From positions 26,931,368 to 26,970,946 of the forward strand of contig NC_057720.1 in the NCBI RefSeq assembly GCF_004010195.1: a stretch of DNA of 39,579 nt. Direction: 5' to 3'. The DNA is from Chiloscyllium plagiosum (Eukaryota). Under the pieces are notes generated by a model. The model made no database searches. It saw nothing but the letters and a program-made list of their open reading frames with translations, and was not told where the DNA came from. A program made the position numbers and the translations under genes. Shown one piece after another: positions 11,206 through 23,927 of this stretch; the stretch's first letter is position 1, and every line of letters starts with the position of its first letter.

Positions 11206-12057
11206 GCTGGCCTCCTTAAAATGTTTTAAGGACGAATCCACCCTCTAGCAGTGGGTTGATCGCCAATCCATGATTTATCTCCATTCCACCCCCATTAAAA
11301 TGACAGGTTGGTGTCAGGTTGGCCACTTTTCTAAAATATATGTTTAATATGCATCACACATTCATGAACTGCCTTCACCTTCTTGTGGATTTAAAATTAT
11401 CCCCCCATATTTAAAAGGAATTTATTGTGGCCTGCTGCAGACAGCCTTTTACTAAGTCAGCACATTCACAGGGAACTCAGTCCAGTTTTGATTCTGCATG
11501 TGTGAAAAAAGCACAAAGTTTGGAAAGGGTTCAAAAAAGCCAACCAGGGTCAGAGAAAACTGGGCTGTGAACTGTGAAAACTTCAGAAAAAAAATCAATT
11601 TCTTCTCATGAGCAAAAAGGTCAAGGTGAGATGTCTGATTAATTATAATTCCAAAGTAAATCAATTTCAGTATTTACTGAAAAAAGTCTCATAAACATGA
11701 TTAGATGATAGAAAACCTGTGAATTAGAATCGAATTAACAAAAAATGTAACCCCAATAGAATGGCCCATTACTTTCCTCAATACAAAGTTTTGAGAAAAG
11801 TAACATTTGAATTAGCTCTCATTCCAAGAGCAGTGCAAGAAGACCTAGCAAGCTGGAAATACACTGAAGAAAGTTTCATATTAAGAAGATAACCAAAAAA
11901 TGAAGAGACTAAAATTGGAATAATTGACAAAATAAATAGGGAATGAGAAGAAATTATTTGACAGAGTGAGTTATAATCTGGATTGTGAAGAAATTTACGT
12001 GTTATTAAGGATCATATAGGCAATAAATGCTGTTGGTTGCAAATTCTATCAGATCAA

Positions 12058-13066
12058 ATGACCAGTGGAGTGCCACAAGGATCGGTGCTGGGTCTACTAC
12101 TTTTCATCATTTATATAAATGATTTGGATGTGAGCATAAGAGGTACAGTTAGTAAGTTTGCTGATGACACCAAAATTGGAGATGTAGTGGACAATGCAGA
12201 AAGTTACCTTGGGATCTTGATCAGATGGGCCAATGGGCTGAGGAGTAGCAGATGGAGTTTAAATTAGATAAATTTGAGGTGCTGCATTTTGGGAAAGCAA
12301 ATTTTAGCAGGACTTATACACCTAATGGTAAGGTCCTAGGGAGTGTTGCTGAACAAAGAGACCTTGGAGTGCAGGTTCATAGCTCCTTGAAAGTGGATTC
12401 ACAGGTAGATAAGATAGTGAGGAAGATGTTTGGTATACTTTCCTTTATTGGTCAGAGTATTGAGTACAGGAATTAGGAGGTCATGTTGCGGCTGTACAGG
12501 ACATTGGTTAGGCCACTGTTGGAATATTGCATGCAATTCTGGTCTCCTTCCTACCAGAAAGATGTTGCGAAACTTGAAAGGGTTCAGAAAAGATTTACAA
12601 GCATGTTGCCAGGATTGAAGGATTTGAGCGATAGGGAAAGATTGATTAGGCTGGGACTGTTTTCCCTGGAGCATCAGAGAATGAGGGGTGTCCTTATAGA
12701 GATTTATAAAATCATGAGGGGCATGGACAGGGTAACTAGACAATGTCTTTTCCCTGGGGTGGGGGAGTCCAGAACTAGAAGTCATAGGTTTAGGGTGAGA
12801 AGGAAAAGATATATAAGACACCTAAGGGGCAACATTTTCACACAAAGGAAGGTGCGTGTGTGGAATGGCCTGCCAGAGGAAGTGGTGGAGGCTATGACAA
12901 TGCAACATTTAACAGGCATCTGGATGGATATAAAAATAGGAAGGGTTTGGAGGGATATGGGGCAGGTACTGGCAGATGGGACTAGATTGGGTTGGGATAT
13001 CTGGTGGGCATGGACAGGTTGGACAGAAGGGCCTGTTTCCCTTCTGTACATCTCTATGACTCTGAC
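12058..13066 (+). mobile_element. 5'-truncated CR1 LINE
   Basis: TSGVPQGSVLG, YINDLD, KFADDTKIG, LYRTLVRPLLEYC; CR1 tail. Confidence 0.95.
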
Positions 13067-13194
13067 TAAATTGCAAAAATTGTAGGACCAATGCAAGATG
13101 CTAATCAATGCCTAAAATCTGCATTGTTGTAGGCATCAGCAACAAAAGGGATCCACCAATAGCGAGCCTCATGATCTTACACGTCTTTCAGATC

Positions 13195-13512
13195 TGTATT
13201 CAATCTTTTCTGCTCCAGAGAAAATAACCCAAGCTTATCCGGACTCTCTTCATTACTGAAATGCTCCATCCCAGGCCACATCCTGGTGAATCTTCTTTGC
13301 ACCCCTTCTCATGGCATCACATTCTTCCTCGATGTGGTGACCAGAACCGCACACCGTATTCCAGCTGTGGCCTAACGTTCTGTATAGCTCTAACATGGCC
13401 TCCCTGGTCTTATCATCTAAACTATGAAGGAAAGTGCCTCATAAGCCTTCTTAATTACCCTATTAGCTTGTTCTGCAGTCTTCAGGGATCTGTGGACATG
13501 CATCCCAAAATC
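13195..13512 (-). mobile_element. Old CR1-like LINE fragment
   Basis: Decayed antisense match to the VRPQLEYGVRFWSP region of CR1 ORF2. Confidence 0.6.
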
Positions 13513-13999
13513 TCAGGACATGAGAATATCTCATCTCATTTTAACTTTGTTAACAATGTGTCCCAAAAAGTAAATGGCTTCCTTAGAAAATTCTGACTTA
13601 TTGTTGAGCATCAGTCCTTTGGCTTGCAGATATTTTTAAAATGGATGGATGCTTTGGTCATGTTCTTCAGCCATCTCCCTAAGTAACAATATAATTATCC
13701 ATGAGGCAAATGACCCTTTTTCACCTTTGTAAAATATTGGCTATAGTTTGTGAACAATCTCTACAACTGAGATGACCACAAATGCCTATATTATGAACTA
13801 AAATCTCCCAAATGAAGAGATACATTTTGTGAGGAGTCTTGATTTCAAATAATGGCACACCAAGAACCCCTGACTGTTCAGTGAAATCTTTATTTTTCGA
13901 CAATTTGGCTAAACTCCTGGCCATTGTGGAGATGGGCTTGATTTCTCCCTCCACTGCCTTGTTGAACTATGTTAAATCAACACATATTCTGATGGACCT

Positions 14000-15691
14000 C
14001 ATAGAGTCAGCAAGTCATGGAGATGTGCAGCATAGAAACAGACCCTTCAGCCTAAAATACTCTAGCCCCTCTTGCTAGCACCCGACCCGTATCCCTCCAA
14101 ACCCTTCCTATTCATATACCAATCCAGATGCCTTTTAAATGTTACAACTGTAGTAGCCTCCACCACTTCTTCTGGCAGCTCATTCACTATACGCACCACC
14201 CTCTACGTGAAAAAGGTGCCCCTTAGGTCCCTTTTATATCTTTCCCCTCCCACCCTAAACCTATGCCCTCTAGTTCTGGTCTCCCCCATTTCAGGGAAAA
14301 TACCTTGTCTATTTATCCTATCCATGCCCCTCATGATTTTATAAACCTCTATAAGGTCACCCCTCAGCCTCCAACTCTCCAGGGAAAACATCCCCAGCCT
14401 ATTCGGCCTCTCCCTATATCTCAAATCATCCAACCTTGGCATCATCCTTTTAAATCTTTTCTGAACACTTTCAAGTTTCACAACATCCTTCCAGTAGGAT
14501 GGAGACCAGATGTGCATGCAGTATTCCAAAGGTGGTCTAAAAATGTCCTGTACAGCTGCAACATGACCTCCCAACTCCTGTACTCAATACTCTGACCAAT
14601 AAAGGAAAGCATACCAAACATCTTCTCCACTATCCTATCTACCTGCGATTCCATCTTCAAGGAGCTATGAACCTGCACGCCAAGGTCTCTTTGTTCAGCA
14701 ACACTCCCCTGGACATTACCATAAAGTGTATAAGTCCTGCTAAGATTTGCTTTGTAATTCCATTGTAATTTCAGGTAACCTACTTCACCTCCAATTTTGG
14801 TGCCATTTGCAAACTTACTTACTTATACCTCCTATATTTACATCCAAATCGTTTACATAAATGACGAAAAGTAGTGGACCCAGCACTAATTCTTGTGGTA
14901 GTCCACTGGTCACAGGCCCCCAGTCTGAAAAACAACTCTCCACCACCACCCTCTGTCTTCTACAAGCCAATTCTGTATTTAAATGGTTAGTTCTCCCTGT
15001 ATTCCATGAGATCTAACCTTGCCAACCAGTCTTCCATGAGGAACCTTGTCGAACGCCTTACTGAAGTCCATACAGATCATGTGCACTGCTCCGCCCTCAT
15101 CACTCCTCTTTGTTACTTCTTCAAAAAACTCAATCAAGTTTGTGAGACATGCTTTCCCATGCACAAAGTCATGTTGACTGTCTCTAATCAGTCCTTGCCT
15201 TTCCATATACGTGTAAATACTGTCCCTCAGGATTCCCTCCAACAACGTGCCCACCACCGCCGTCAAGCTAACTTACAGTCTATAGTTCCTTGGCTTGTCC
15301 TTACCACCTTTTTTAAACAGTGACACCACATTAGCCAGTCTTCCAGCACCTCACCTGTGACTATTGATGATACAAATATCTCAGTAAGGGGTCCTGCAAT
15401 CACTTCTCTAGCTTCCCACAGAGGTCTAGGGTATAGCTGATCAGGTCCTGGGGATTTGTCCACTTTCATGCATTTCAAGACATCCAGCACTTCCTCATCT
15501 GTAATATGGACATTTTTCACGATGTCACCATCTATTTCCCTACATTCTATATCTTCCATGTCCTTCTCCAGAGTAAACACTGACTCAAAATACTCATTTA
15601 GTATCTCCACCATCTCCTGCAGCTCCAGGATTTTTGTGAGGTCCTATTTTCTCCCTAGTTACCCTTTTGTCCTTAATGTATTCGTAAAAAC
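14000..15691 (-). mobile_element. 5'-truncated CR1 LINE nested in Gypsy RT
   Basis: ORFs 15263-15613, 14979-15266 (MDFSKAFDKVPHGRL) and 14203-14574; tail at 14000-14050. Confidence 0.95.
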
Positions 15692-16067
15692 CCTATTGTC
15701 TTTAAGTACAGTAACCAACCCCTAATATCATGTGATTGCTTTATCATCAGAGAAATTATGCTCATTCTAATAATTTCCTGAAGTTGTCTCTGGACGTCTT
15801 TCATTTTGGGATGCAAAATCTTCCTGGGTCTGTAGAAAATAAATTTTTTAGTATTCTTCTTTAAAGTATTCGGTATTGTGTTTTCCTAGTTCAGTGAACA
15901 TTTAGGATATCCCTCCTCAAAGGAACGTTTACTGACTTGCTGTTCAACTTCTTCAACTTTTCAAAGAACGTTGAAGCCAAATTCACATTCTCACTCAAGA
16001 GTGAGGTTTATTATTTCAGAATTGTGTATATATTCTCCACTATCTTATACTCTTTTGTTGAAGTATT

Positions 16068-16662
16068 GAGTCACAGAGTCAGAGAGATGTACAGCACGGA
16101 AACAGACCCTTCGGCCCACTCATCCATGCCAACCAGATATCCTAAATCAATCTAGTCTCATTTGCCAGCATTTGGCCCATATCCCTCCAAATTCTTCCCA
16201 TTTATATACCCATCCAGATGCCTTTTAAATGTTGTAATTGTACTAGCCTCCACCACTTCCTCTGGCAGCTCATTCTATACACACACCTTTCTCTGTGTGA
16301 AAACGTTGCCCCTTAGGACCCTTTTAAATCTTTCCCCTCTCACCCTAAATCTTTGTCCTCCAGTTCTAGAATCCCCCGACCATGGAAACAGACCTTGTCT
16401 ATTTACCCTATCCATGCCCCTCATGATTTTATAAATCTTGATAGGGTCACCCTCCGATGCTCCCGGGGAAACAGCCCCAGCCTCTTCAGTCTCTCCCTCC
16501 AACCCAGCAACATTCTTGCAACTCTTCTCTGAACCCTTTCAAGTTTCACAACATCCTTCCTATAGGAGTGAGACCAGAATTGCATGCAATATTCCAAAAG
16601 TGGCCTAACCAATGTCCTATCCAGTCGCAAGGCGACCTCCCAACTCCTATGCTCAATGCTCT
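16068..16662 (-). mobile_element. CR1 3' fragment nested in Gypsy protease region
   Basis: RTLVRPLLEYCMQFWS, KIMRGMDRVNRQGLFP; CR1 tail at 16068-16130. Confidence 0.95.
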
Positions 16663-18319
16663 TAATCTTGAGAGTTGTCCCTCCTGAATAAAGTAGCTTC
16701 ATCCCTATAGACTATAACTTATGGTTCTTCACTCATGGTAAACAATCCTACAAGAAAGTGACACTTGCCCTTGTAACATGCTTAAAATTAATTAGATGTC
16801 CATTGATCAACTGGCTGTGTCAAATTGAAATCAGTTGGATTATCGAATTATTCCACAAGGAGTGCTTCAGATATCTTTCCTACAGTGGCTCTACAACATT
16901 AACTTTTTTGTATGAATAACCAAATGGATTCTTGCTGCCCTGTATCTGTGTCCTACTTCTATACATCTTATGGAAGTGACCTATAGTTTTACAGAGAAAG
17001 CATTCTTTAACAACTCGGCACTAATTGTACATTTGAGGCTTCCTTGCTCCACTGTACTGATACCGATTCTTTGTACCTGCCGTCTATCCTACATTTTCTA
17101 TTGGCTAGTCACATGTTTCTTTTGCGTGTTCATATCTTATAAACTGATCGGATTCTGTTGCTTGCCTGTCATAAGATTTTCCTTTTCCTCTCAGAACTTG
17201 TCTTTACTTCTTTCATTTGGCATCCAGCACAATTTGAACAGTTTTGTTCAAAGTCAAATCTTTTTTGGACTGTAATAAATCTGATAATCTGTCAACAGTA
17301 ATTCCAACAACAGTTCTATCCCTTATGAGTTTTGTTTTCAAAGCTTCATAGTTACAGTTTTCCACTAATCTGTGGTGATCATTAATAAAATTATCTATGG
17401 ATTCCCCCACTGAACTCTTCTGTTAAATGTCAATCCTTCAAGAATCATATATATTCTCAGACTAAAGTAATTGTCAAAAGCTAGAGGTCACCAGGTGGTA
17501 TTTCATCAAAAAAAATCTTTCTTATTTTATAGCTTGACAAGCAATGTTATCAACGATAGGTTCTATTGAAGACAACCATGAATTTATTTGTTCATTTTGT
17601 GATTTACTGTTAAGATATAGAATTGCTTCCAAGCTAAAGAATCATTTTTTTCTAAGGTTTCCAATCTTGTGTTCTATGTGGCTCATTTCTTCAATTAAAT
17701 CTGCCATGTAGCATTATTTCTCCTGACACTCCTTCCTAATGTAATTATTTATCACTTCAATATTCACTGCACTGATTATCATAAGAATTCTCTCTCTCCC
17801 TGTGGCATTTACATATCCAAATTTCTGTAGATAGTTTCTCCATCATCCACTCAGAAAACTATATATTTGATCTTGGCTCACCCTCGACTCTCCATGTCAG
17901 AAGTTGACTAATTTAACGACCAAAAATAAAACCTGCTACCACCTTCCTCGGTGTATTCCTTTGTTTTCTCCTACATATAAAGGAATGAAGACATTTCATA
18001 AATAAAAGACTAAATTTTATTAAAACCTAAGTTCAGGGTGGCACAGGGAAGTGGAAAGGCTGTGGACCCATGGGCAAAATGAATGGCAAATCAATTTTAA
18101 CCATAGATTCTCAGCTGCATAGACCCATCAGTGCTTGTAAGCAGCAGGAAGAGTAGTTGGTCTTTGGGTGGGAGTATATTATTGTTGATAGGAGGCCACC
18201 ACTAAGGACTAGAAAGGGGGATGACTGCAGCTCACATTGTGGTTTGGAGTTGGATGGGGAGACCATTCAACCAGACTAGAAAGAGATGAAGGCAAGGTTA
18301 GCATTAAGGCAAATTGTCA

Positions 18320-18508
18320 TAGCCTTATTAGCCCATGGGGCTGCTCTCTCATTAGAGAGAGACAAACAGTAACAGTTTGACCTAAGGATCATCAAGCCTC
18401 AGGCAAGGGAGAAGAATCCTTCATAGTAACCTCATCCAGTACAGGAATTGAACTTGCGTTACTCGTATCACTCTGCTTTACAAATCAGCTGTCCAACCAA
18501 CTGAGCTG
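18320..18508 (-). mobile_element. Old tRNA-derived SINE (second family)
   Basis: Minus strand A-box-like AGCTCAGTTGG and B-box-like GTTCAATTCC. Confidence 0.55.
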
Positions 18509-19054
18509 AAGTGACCCCTTCCCTTTGCCATACAGAACCCCTTCTACGCTCTCAAAATAAAAACAAATGGTAAGGCCATTTTATTTTTGGAGTTTCTTAT
18601 GGCTCAGGCTCCTCTTCCCAACTTGGTTGCTTAATGGGAATGATATCACTACTCCTTCCCAATGCAAGCCCCTAGTTTAAATGGCAAAGGGGCCCCACAA
18701 TGCCATTGGAGCCTGGCCTTTATATTTAAAGTAGGACCTCTCTGGTTTCTGGCAGATGTCCCTCTTAATCGTTTAGATAAGACCTGCAACTCACAGGAAA
18801 TCAGCAGAATTTCTGCACATAAGTCCCATTGGCCTTTTCAACCATATTTTAGAGCAGGCCAAGGTAAAAATTAGCTATACTTTTATGAATGTGACTGGAA
18901 TGCATCACTGAATCTTTTCAATTAGTAGAGAAGAAACACAACTTCGTCAGGCACTGCATCCAACATGGCTTAGTACATAATTTTGCACTCTCCCAAATAA
19001 CTTGTGTGCATTTAAGTCTAATGTGCTTAAATCAAATTGGGAACACCATCTTAA

Positions 19055-19190
19055 CATAAATTCTCCTCTCTGCTTTTAAACTCAATCCTTTTAGCAAGGA
19101 AGGACAAAATTCCATTTATCTTCCAAATTACCTGTAATACCTGCAGACCAACCTTCTGTGATTCATGCACAAGGACACCTAGGTCCCTCA
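19055..19190 (-). mobile_element. Old CR1 fragment
   Basis: Antisense of GAGGGACCTAGGTGTCCTTGTGCATGAATCACAGAAGG (RDLGVLVHESQK). Confidence 0.55.
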
Positions 19191-19277
19191 TTATCTCAAG
19201 AATCCACTCAAATCTTGGTATCGCACTCAGTCTTTTAGCTTAGGGTCTTCCTCACAAAGAATTGCAGCTCATCTCCT

Positions 19278-19568
19278 TTAGATTAGATTAGATTATTTAC
19301 ACTGTGGAAACAGGCCCTTCGGCCCAACAAGTCCACACCAACCTACCGAAGCGCAACCCATCCAGACCCGTTCCCCTACACCTAATACTACGGGCAATTT
19401 AGCATGGCCAATTCACCTAACCTGCACATTTTTGGACTGTGGGAGGAAACCCAGGCAGACACAGGGAGAATGTGCAAACTCCACACAGACAGTCACCTGA
19501 GACGGAAATTGAACCCGAGTCTCTGGCGCTGTGAGGCAGCAGTGCTAACCACTGAGCCACCGTGCCAC
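19278..19568 (-). mobile_element. HE1/V-SINE-like tRNA-derived SINE
   Basis: Head GTGGCACGGTGGCTCAGTGGTTAGCAC...GGGTTCAATT, body GTGTGGAGTTTGCACATTCTCCC, CR1-like tail GGGCCGAAGGGCCTGTTTCC, (AATCT)n end. Confidence 0.9.
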
Positions 19569-19736
19569 TGGACTAGTCTGATCCCCAGCTACCAGCTGAA
19601 CACAACATTGCATGAATTTCACTGGCACAGTCTTCATCACAAATGGCACAAGTCTGCAGAACCTGATCAACTTGGTCTGAATGAGTTACACACATAAATG
19701 TTATCTCCCAACAACAGAAACAGCTGCAGTAACTTG

Positions 19737-20029
19737 CCCTTAACTTGTGGATCTGGACTCTGCTTTCTTGCCTGTTCATCATCCTTAGTCTCTTCATCTG
19801 CCACCATTCAACTTGTGTCCTTATATTCTTTTAAAGACGGTCAGCTTATAAATCTCAATTTGTTTTTAATTTCCTTAGAAACTGGGAGCTTCAAGTTCCC
19901 CCTTAACTTGTGGATCTGGACTCTGCTTTCTTGCCTGTTCATCATCCTTAGTCTCTTCATCTGCCACCATTCAACTTGTGTCCTTCAATTTGTTTTTAAT
20001 TTCCTTAGAAACTGGGAGCTTCAAGTTCC
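19737..20029. repeat. Local tandem duplication A-X-B-A-B
   Basis: 86-bp A at 19737-19822 and 19900-19985; 45-bp B at 19855-19899 and 19985-20029; copies identical by eye. Confidence 0.95.
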
Positions 20030-21132
20030 TTTCTATGTTTACCCATTCTGTTACTCTTTTCAGTCCACTTTCAGTTTTAGTTAGCATCTGCACCAAAAGT
20101 ACAAATTAAGTTTAAAAACAAAGATTCCCTCACAGTGTCCTGAGTTAAGACAGGACAGAATGAAACTTAATATTGTCCACGTCATAATATTAGTCATCAT
20201 CATTTTTTTACTAGTCCCTGGCCATGCTCCAGCTATTCTGACATTCTTCCATTATTTCATTTCTGCTCTTGGCTTTATGTAATACACTGTGCATAATCCT
20301 TTTTCAAGTCTCACACTTACCTCACTTCAATCTGCCTGATCATTACTGCTCAAGGATAGCTGGCCAGTATGCTCACTACATTGATGTTATTCTACATGGA
20401 CAAGAATAGATGATTGTAATTTAAAGCTCAACATCTCAGTCAGAATCAAGTTCAGGCAATAACAAGGAATTGCAGGGGGAGTTAGACAATATAATGCTCG
20501 TTTTGGAGAAGCATAGAGATGTACTAATTCTAGTTTCACAGACAGTGTAAAAGTACATTTGGACTTGATACAGAACAAAATGAAGGTGTCTGCGCAAGTT
20601 TATTACCTTTCCTTTCTTGATTCCCTTCAGTTTGTTATCATTACCTAAGGAAAGGTAGTCACAAAATAATATTATTTTTAAAAAGTCATAGATTCAGCTA
20701 ACAAATGACTTGCACTTGAATGTTTGAATCCTATTTTTCTTGCTTTTGTTCCCACAGAAATCAAAATTCAAGAGTTAGTCTTGCATCACTGCTCACAAAG
20801 TCATTTGGCTGTCGAATTTTAATGGTGTGTTGTGATATTAAAGCAGATGCCAAATACAGAATGGACCAAAGGCTTTCCCTTTAAATGCCTGATCCTGTAA
20901 AAATTCATAGTAAATAAGTTACGGATGGAGATTGACTCCAGTGGGTGAAATGCACAAAAATCCAATTTTCTGTACAATGAGAAAACTGAATGAGAGTAAA
21001 TTGCACAGGCGCCTGTTGCCTGCTATGTACTGCTGTGAAATCTACTTCTATAATTATCTTTGATTTGTTTCATATTTGATTCTGTCTGACCAAGGGAACA
21101 GAACAGCACCAAAGACTTACTTTTTTCTGTAG

Positions 21133-21226
21133 ATTTGATGATGGTGAGGCTGAAAGGTCACCTCGTCGTATGGTTCCCAAGCATTTGTTTCATGTCCAAC
21201 TCAATATTCTGTTGGCACTGGCAATT
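21133..21226 (+). CDS. Candidate 94-nt exon, unidentified
   Basis: TTTTTTCTGTAG acceptor, ATT|GTAAGT donor, open frame FDDGEAERSPRRMVPKHLFHVQLNILLALAI. Confidence 0.2.
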
Positions 21227-22104
21227 GTAAGTTCTTCACCTGGGGTTTCAAAGTTTAGTCTGACTTCATTATCCTTTCATCTCCAAAAATGATGATAATA
21301 CAGTTACACAGATGAATTCATGCTAAACTCTCATCTGTGCACACATTGGTCTTATTGAGAAGTTGATTCCAAAGGAGAGTAAAGAAATGTTGAAGCTGAG
21401 GTTTGCCTGTTCATCTAACTCATTCCATCTGGTTGGCTTATTTTCTTCGGGTGAGCTGAATGCAATGGGTATCCCTCTTGACTACTGCCAGCAAGTCACT
21501 GTTTTCAGCCACCATCGTCCAACTCTTGTGGTTAAAGGGTTACATCACACCAAGATAGAGGACTGGTTAAAAAAAAAGTTATGAAGAAAGATAACCAGTC
21601 ATCTGGATATGATTGTGAGCATAATAAAGGAGTAATGAGAATTGACTATTTTTAAATAATTGATGTGTATGTGAGATTCGCCCTTTCTTTTTTAATTGCA
21701 CAGCAATAAATAATGGCCCATCAGTTGCTAAGTACATTATAGTAAAGAATGACGCTTTTTACCTTAACCCCTGCATCGTCAAAGATATTTCAGTTTCTAA
21801 TATCAATGTAATACTATGGCCTTTTCATTTCTAAGTTCACTAGTAATAATGATCCATTAGGTTTCCTTAACTTGATTGTTATTTTTGTTAAAGTCGAGGT
21901 TTCAATGGTGAGGTATTTCTATTTCTACTTTTCCAATTCAAATCTTGAATCCAGCATTATTGTATTATAGGCCAAGAGAATTTGATATACACATTCAGAT
22001 AGGTGTGAATACTCCAAATCTCTGCCTGCAGATTTCAGATTTCACCCAATCTTAGAAATTGCTCCTACAAGTGTAGTCTGAAAGTGTTGCTTGGCTCAGT
22101 TTTG

Positions 22105-22620
22105 TTTTATTCATTTATAGGATGCGACTGTCACTAGATACGTCAGCATTCATCGAGGGCCGAAGGGCCTGTACTGCGCTGTATTCTTCTATGTTCTATG
22201 TTCTATCTACATTCATTGCCCATCCCTGACTGCCTCTGGAGGAGGTGGTGGTGAGCTGCCTTCATGAACAGCTGTTGTCCTTACCATGTAGATACATCCA
22301 AAGTGCTGTTGCAAAGGGAGTTCCAGGGGTTTTGACCAAGAAACAGTGAAAGAACAGCTATACAGCTCCCCCTCAAAAGGACGTGTGGCTTAGAGGGCAA
22401 TTTGCAGATGGTGGTGTTCCCCTGCATGTGCTATTCGTGTCTTTCTGGGTGCTAGAGTTTCCAGGTTCAAAAGATGTTTTTGATAGAGCCTGGTTGAGCT
22501 TTTGCAGTGCACTCTGCTGCCACTGTACATCATCAGTGTGAAGAGAGTGAATGTGGAAGGAGGTGGGTGGGCTGCCAATTAAGCAGGATGCTTTGTCTGT
22601 GGAATGGTCATGTTCTTAGA
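22105..22620. mobile_element. Old LINE-derived fragment carrying a tiny CR1-tail insertion
   Basis: Resembles a recalled shark repeat (CATTGCCCATCCCT...GGTGGTGGTGAGCTGCCTTC); family and orientation not assigned. Confidence 0.45.
22154..22209 (+). mobile_element. 56-bp CR1/SINE 3' tail insertion
   Basis: GGGCCGAAGGGCCTGTACTGCGCTGTA plus (TTCTATG)n; TSD CATTCAT at 22147-22153 and 22210-22216. Confidence 0.8.
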
Positions 22621-22687
22621 TCCAGGTAAGGAGGTATGAAGATCACTGCAAGAGTTGCACACATAAACACCAATAACCCACTCCCTT

Positions 22688-23300
22688 GCAAAATGTTGTG
22701 GCTGTTGGAGATTTGAAATACAGACAGAAAGGGTAAATGAAACTCATCAGGTCTGGAAGCATCTGTGAAGAAGAATACCTAAAGTTTCAAATCCAAAATG
22801 ACACTTGTTGGGAGCTGAATGGGGTTGGAACATGATGCATTCTGTGCCGTGGACAGGAAAAAGCGAGTGGAACAGATTGTGAGAGTGCCCAGAACAAAAA
22901 CTAATGAGTAGAGGAGGGAGAGGTGTTAAATTTGTGTATGAGATGGGCGTGAAAAGGAGAAAGTGGATCCACTCTGCTGAGACCAAAGTCAACAAAATAC
23001 AAACAAGATGGAATGATGGAAATGTAAGGAGAACAGAGCTCATTCTCTGAAGTTGTGGAAGTCAATATTCAGTGCTAGAGGCTGTAAAATGTTAAAATGC
23101 AGAAATGAGATGTTGTTTCTCCAGCTTGCAGTAAACTTCATTGGAACACTGTCACAGGCCCAGTAGAGATGTTCTAATGATTGATTACAAACATGAAATG
23201 CTACCATTGCTTGTCTCTGTATGAATGCTGCCTGACTTTTTGTGTATTGCTAGCATTTTGTTGCATTTCAGATTTCCAGCAATTGAAATATTTTGCTTTT
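22688..23300. mobile_element. Old PLE remnant with inverted pseudo-LTR ends
   Basis: CAGGTCTGGAAGCATC (minus-sense end, ~22750) and ATGCTGCCTGAC...GATTTCCAGCA (plus-sense end, 23225-23300). Confidence 0.5.
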
Positions 23301-23793
23301 GTGCACACAGAGCTCCTTTGCCAGCACGTTCCAAACTCACAACCTCTACTACATAGAAGAATAAAAACACCAAGCATATAGAAACATCATCACCTCTAAG
23401 TCACAGAAATTGTTCAGTCAAAATCTTGGAATGCCTACCAAACATGACACAGACTGCAGTTTTTCAAGAAGATGGTTCATAGTTACCTTCTCAAGGACAG
23501 TGACATATTAGGAATGGGCTGTCAAGAATTGATTAAATGTTGGAATGTGATGGATTAATTGAAATGACATAGAACTCTAGGGATTTGAATCAAGAATGAA
23601 TTGAATGAGACTATTAACCATATCATCAGGCATAACATGGGTGGGAATTGTTGAATCCTTCCATTCTCTCTCCAATCAGAAGCTATTACATTTCATACAT
23701 TTATGGTCCCACTTTGTTGTTAATCACAGGATATGACATCATTCAACCGGTTGGAGTGTCAAATTAATGCAACAAGACCATAAAATATAGGAG

Positions 23794-23927
23794 GTAAAAA
23801 CAATGACTGCAGATGCTGGAAACCAAATTCTGGATTAGTGGTGCTGGAAGAGCACAGCAGTTCAGGCAGCATCCAAATTCCTTGGATGCTGCCTGAACTG
23901 CTGTGCTCTTCCAGCACCACTAATCCA
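23794..23927. mobile_element. Fold-back PLE mini-insertion
   Basis: 37-nt tail plus perfect 46-bp inverted repeat (23831-23876 / 23882-23927); 16-bp TSD. Confidence 0.9.

Larger units (their letters stand above)
13520..17945 (-). mobile_element. Decayed Gypsy-type LTR retrotransposon internal region (gag-PR-RT) split by two CR1 insertions
   Basis: gag: GESIDNFINDHHRLVENCNY...IRDRTVVGI (17213-17410); protease-like NGHLINFKHVTRASVT (~16760-16810); PRKILHPKMKDVQRQLQEII (~15770-15830); RT: SIRICVDLT*FNKAV...EEHD...FLGHIV (13520-13999); PBS-like TGGTAGCAG at 17933-17941. Confidence 0.8.

Noticed and set aside
15730..15845. Minus-strand acceptor plus open frame as a host exon
   Set aside because: The peptide PRKILHPKMKDVQRQLQE is Gypsy pol just before RT
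7555..16702. Many ORFs as host genes
   Set aside because: Broken CR1 or Gypsy frames, or their antisense shadows
18040..18880. Possible old DNA-transposon remnant (also 11210-11410)
   Set aside because: Could not define TIRs or TSDs by eye
19480..19568. tRNA gene
   Set aside because: tRNA-derived SINE head continuing into SINE body; same for 26500-26572 and 18430-18508
19737..20029. CRISPR-like array
   Set aside because: Only two long units, no repeat-spacer periodicity, eukaryotic context
20321..20391. Minus-strand exon with GAG|GTAAGT donor
   Set aside because: Stops in all frames from the nearest acceptors; could only be non-coding and has no other support
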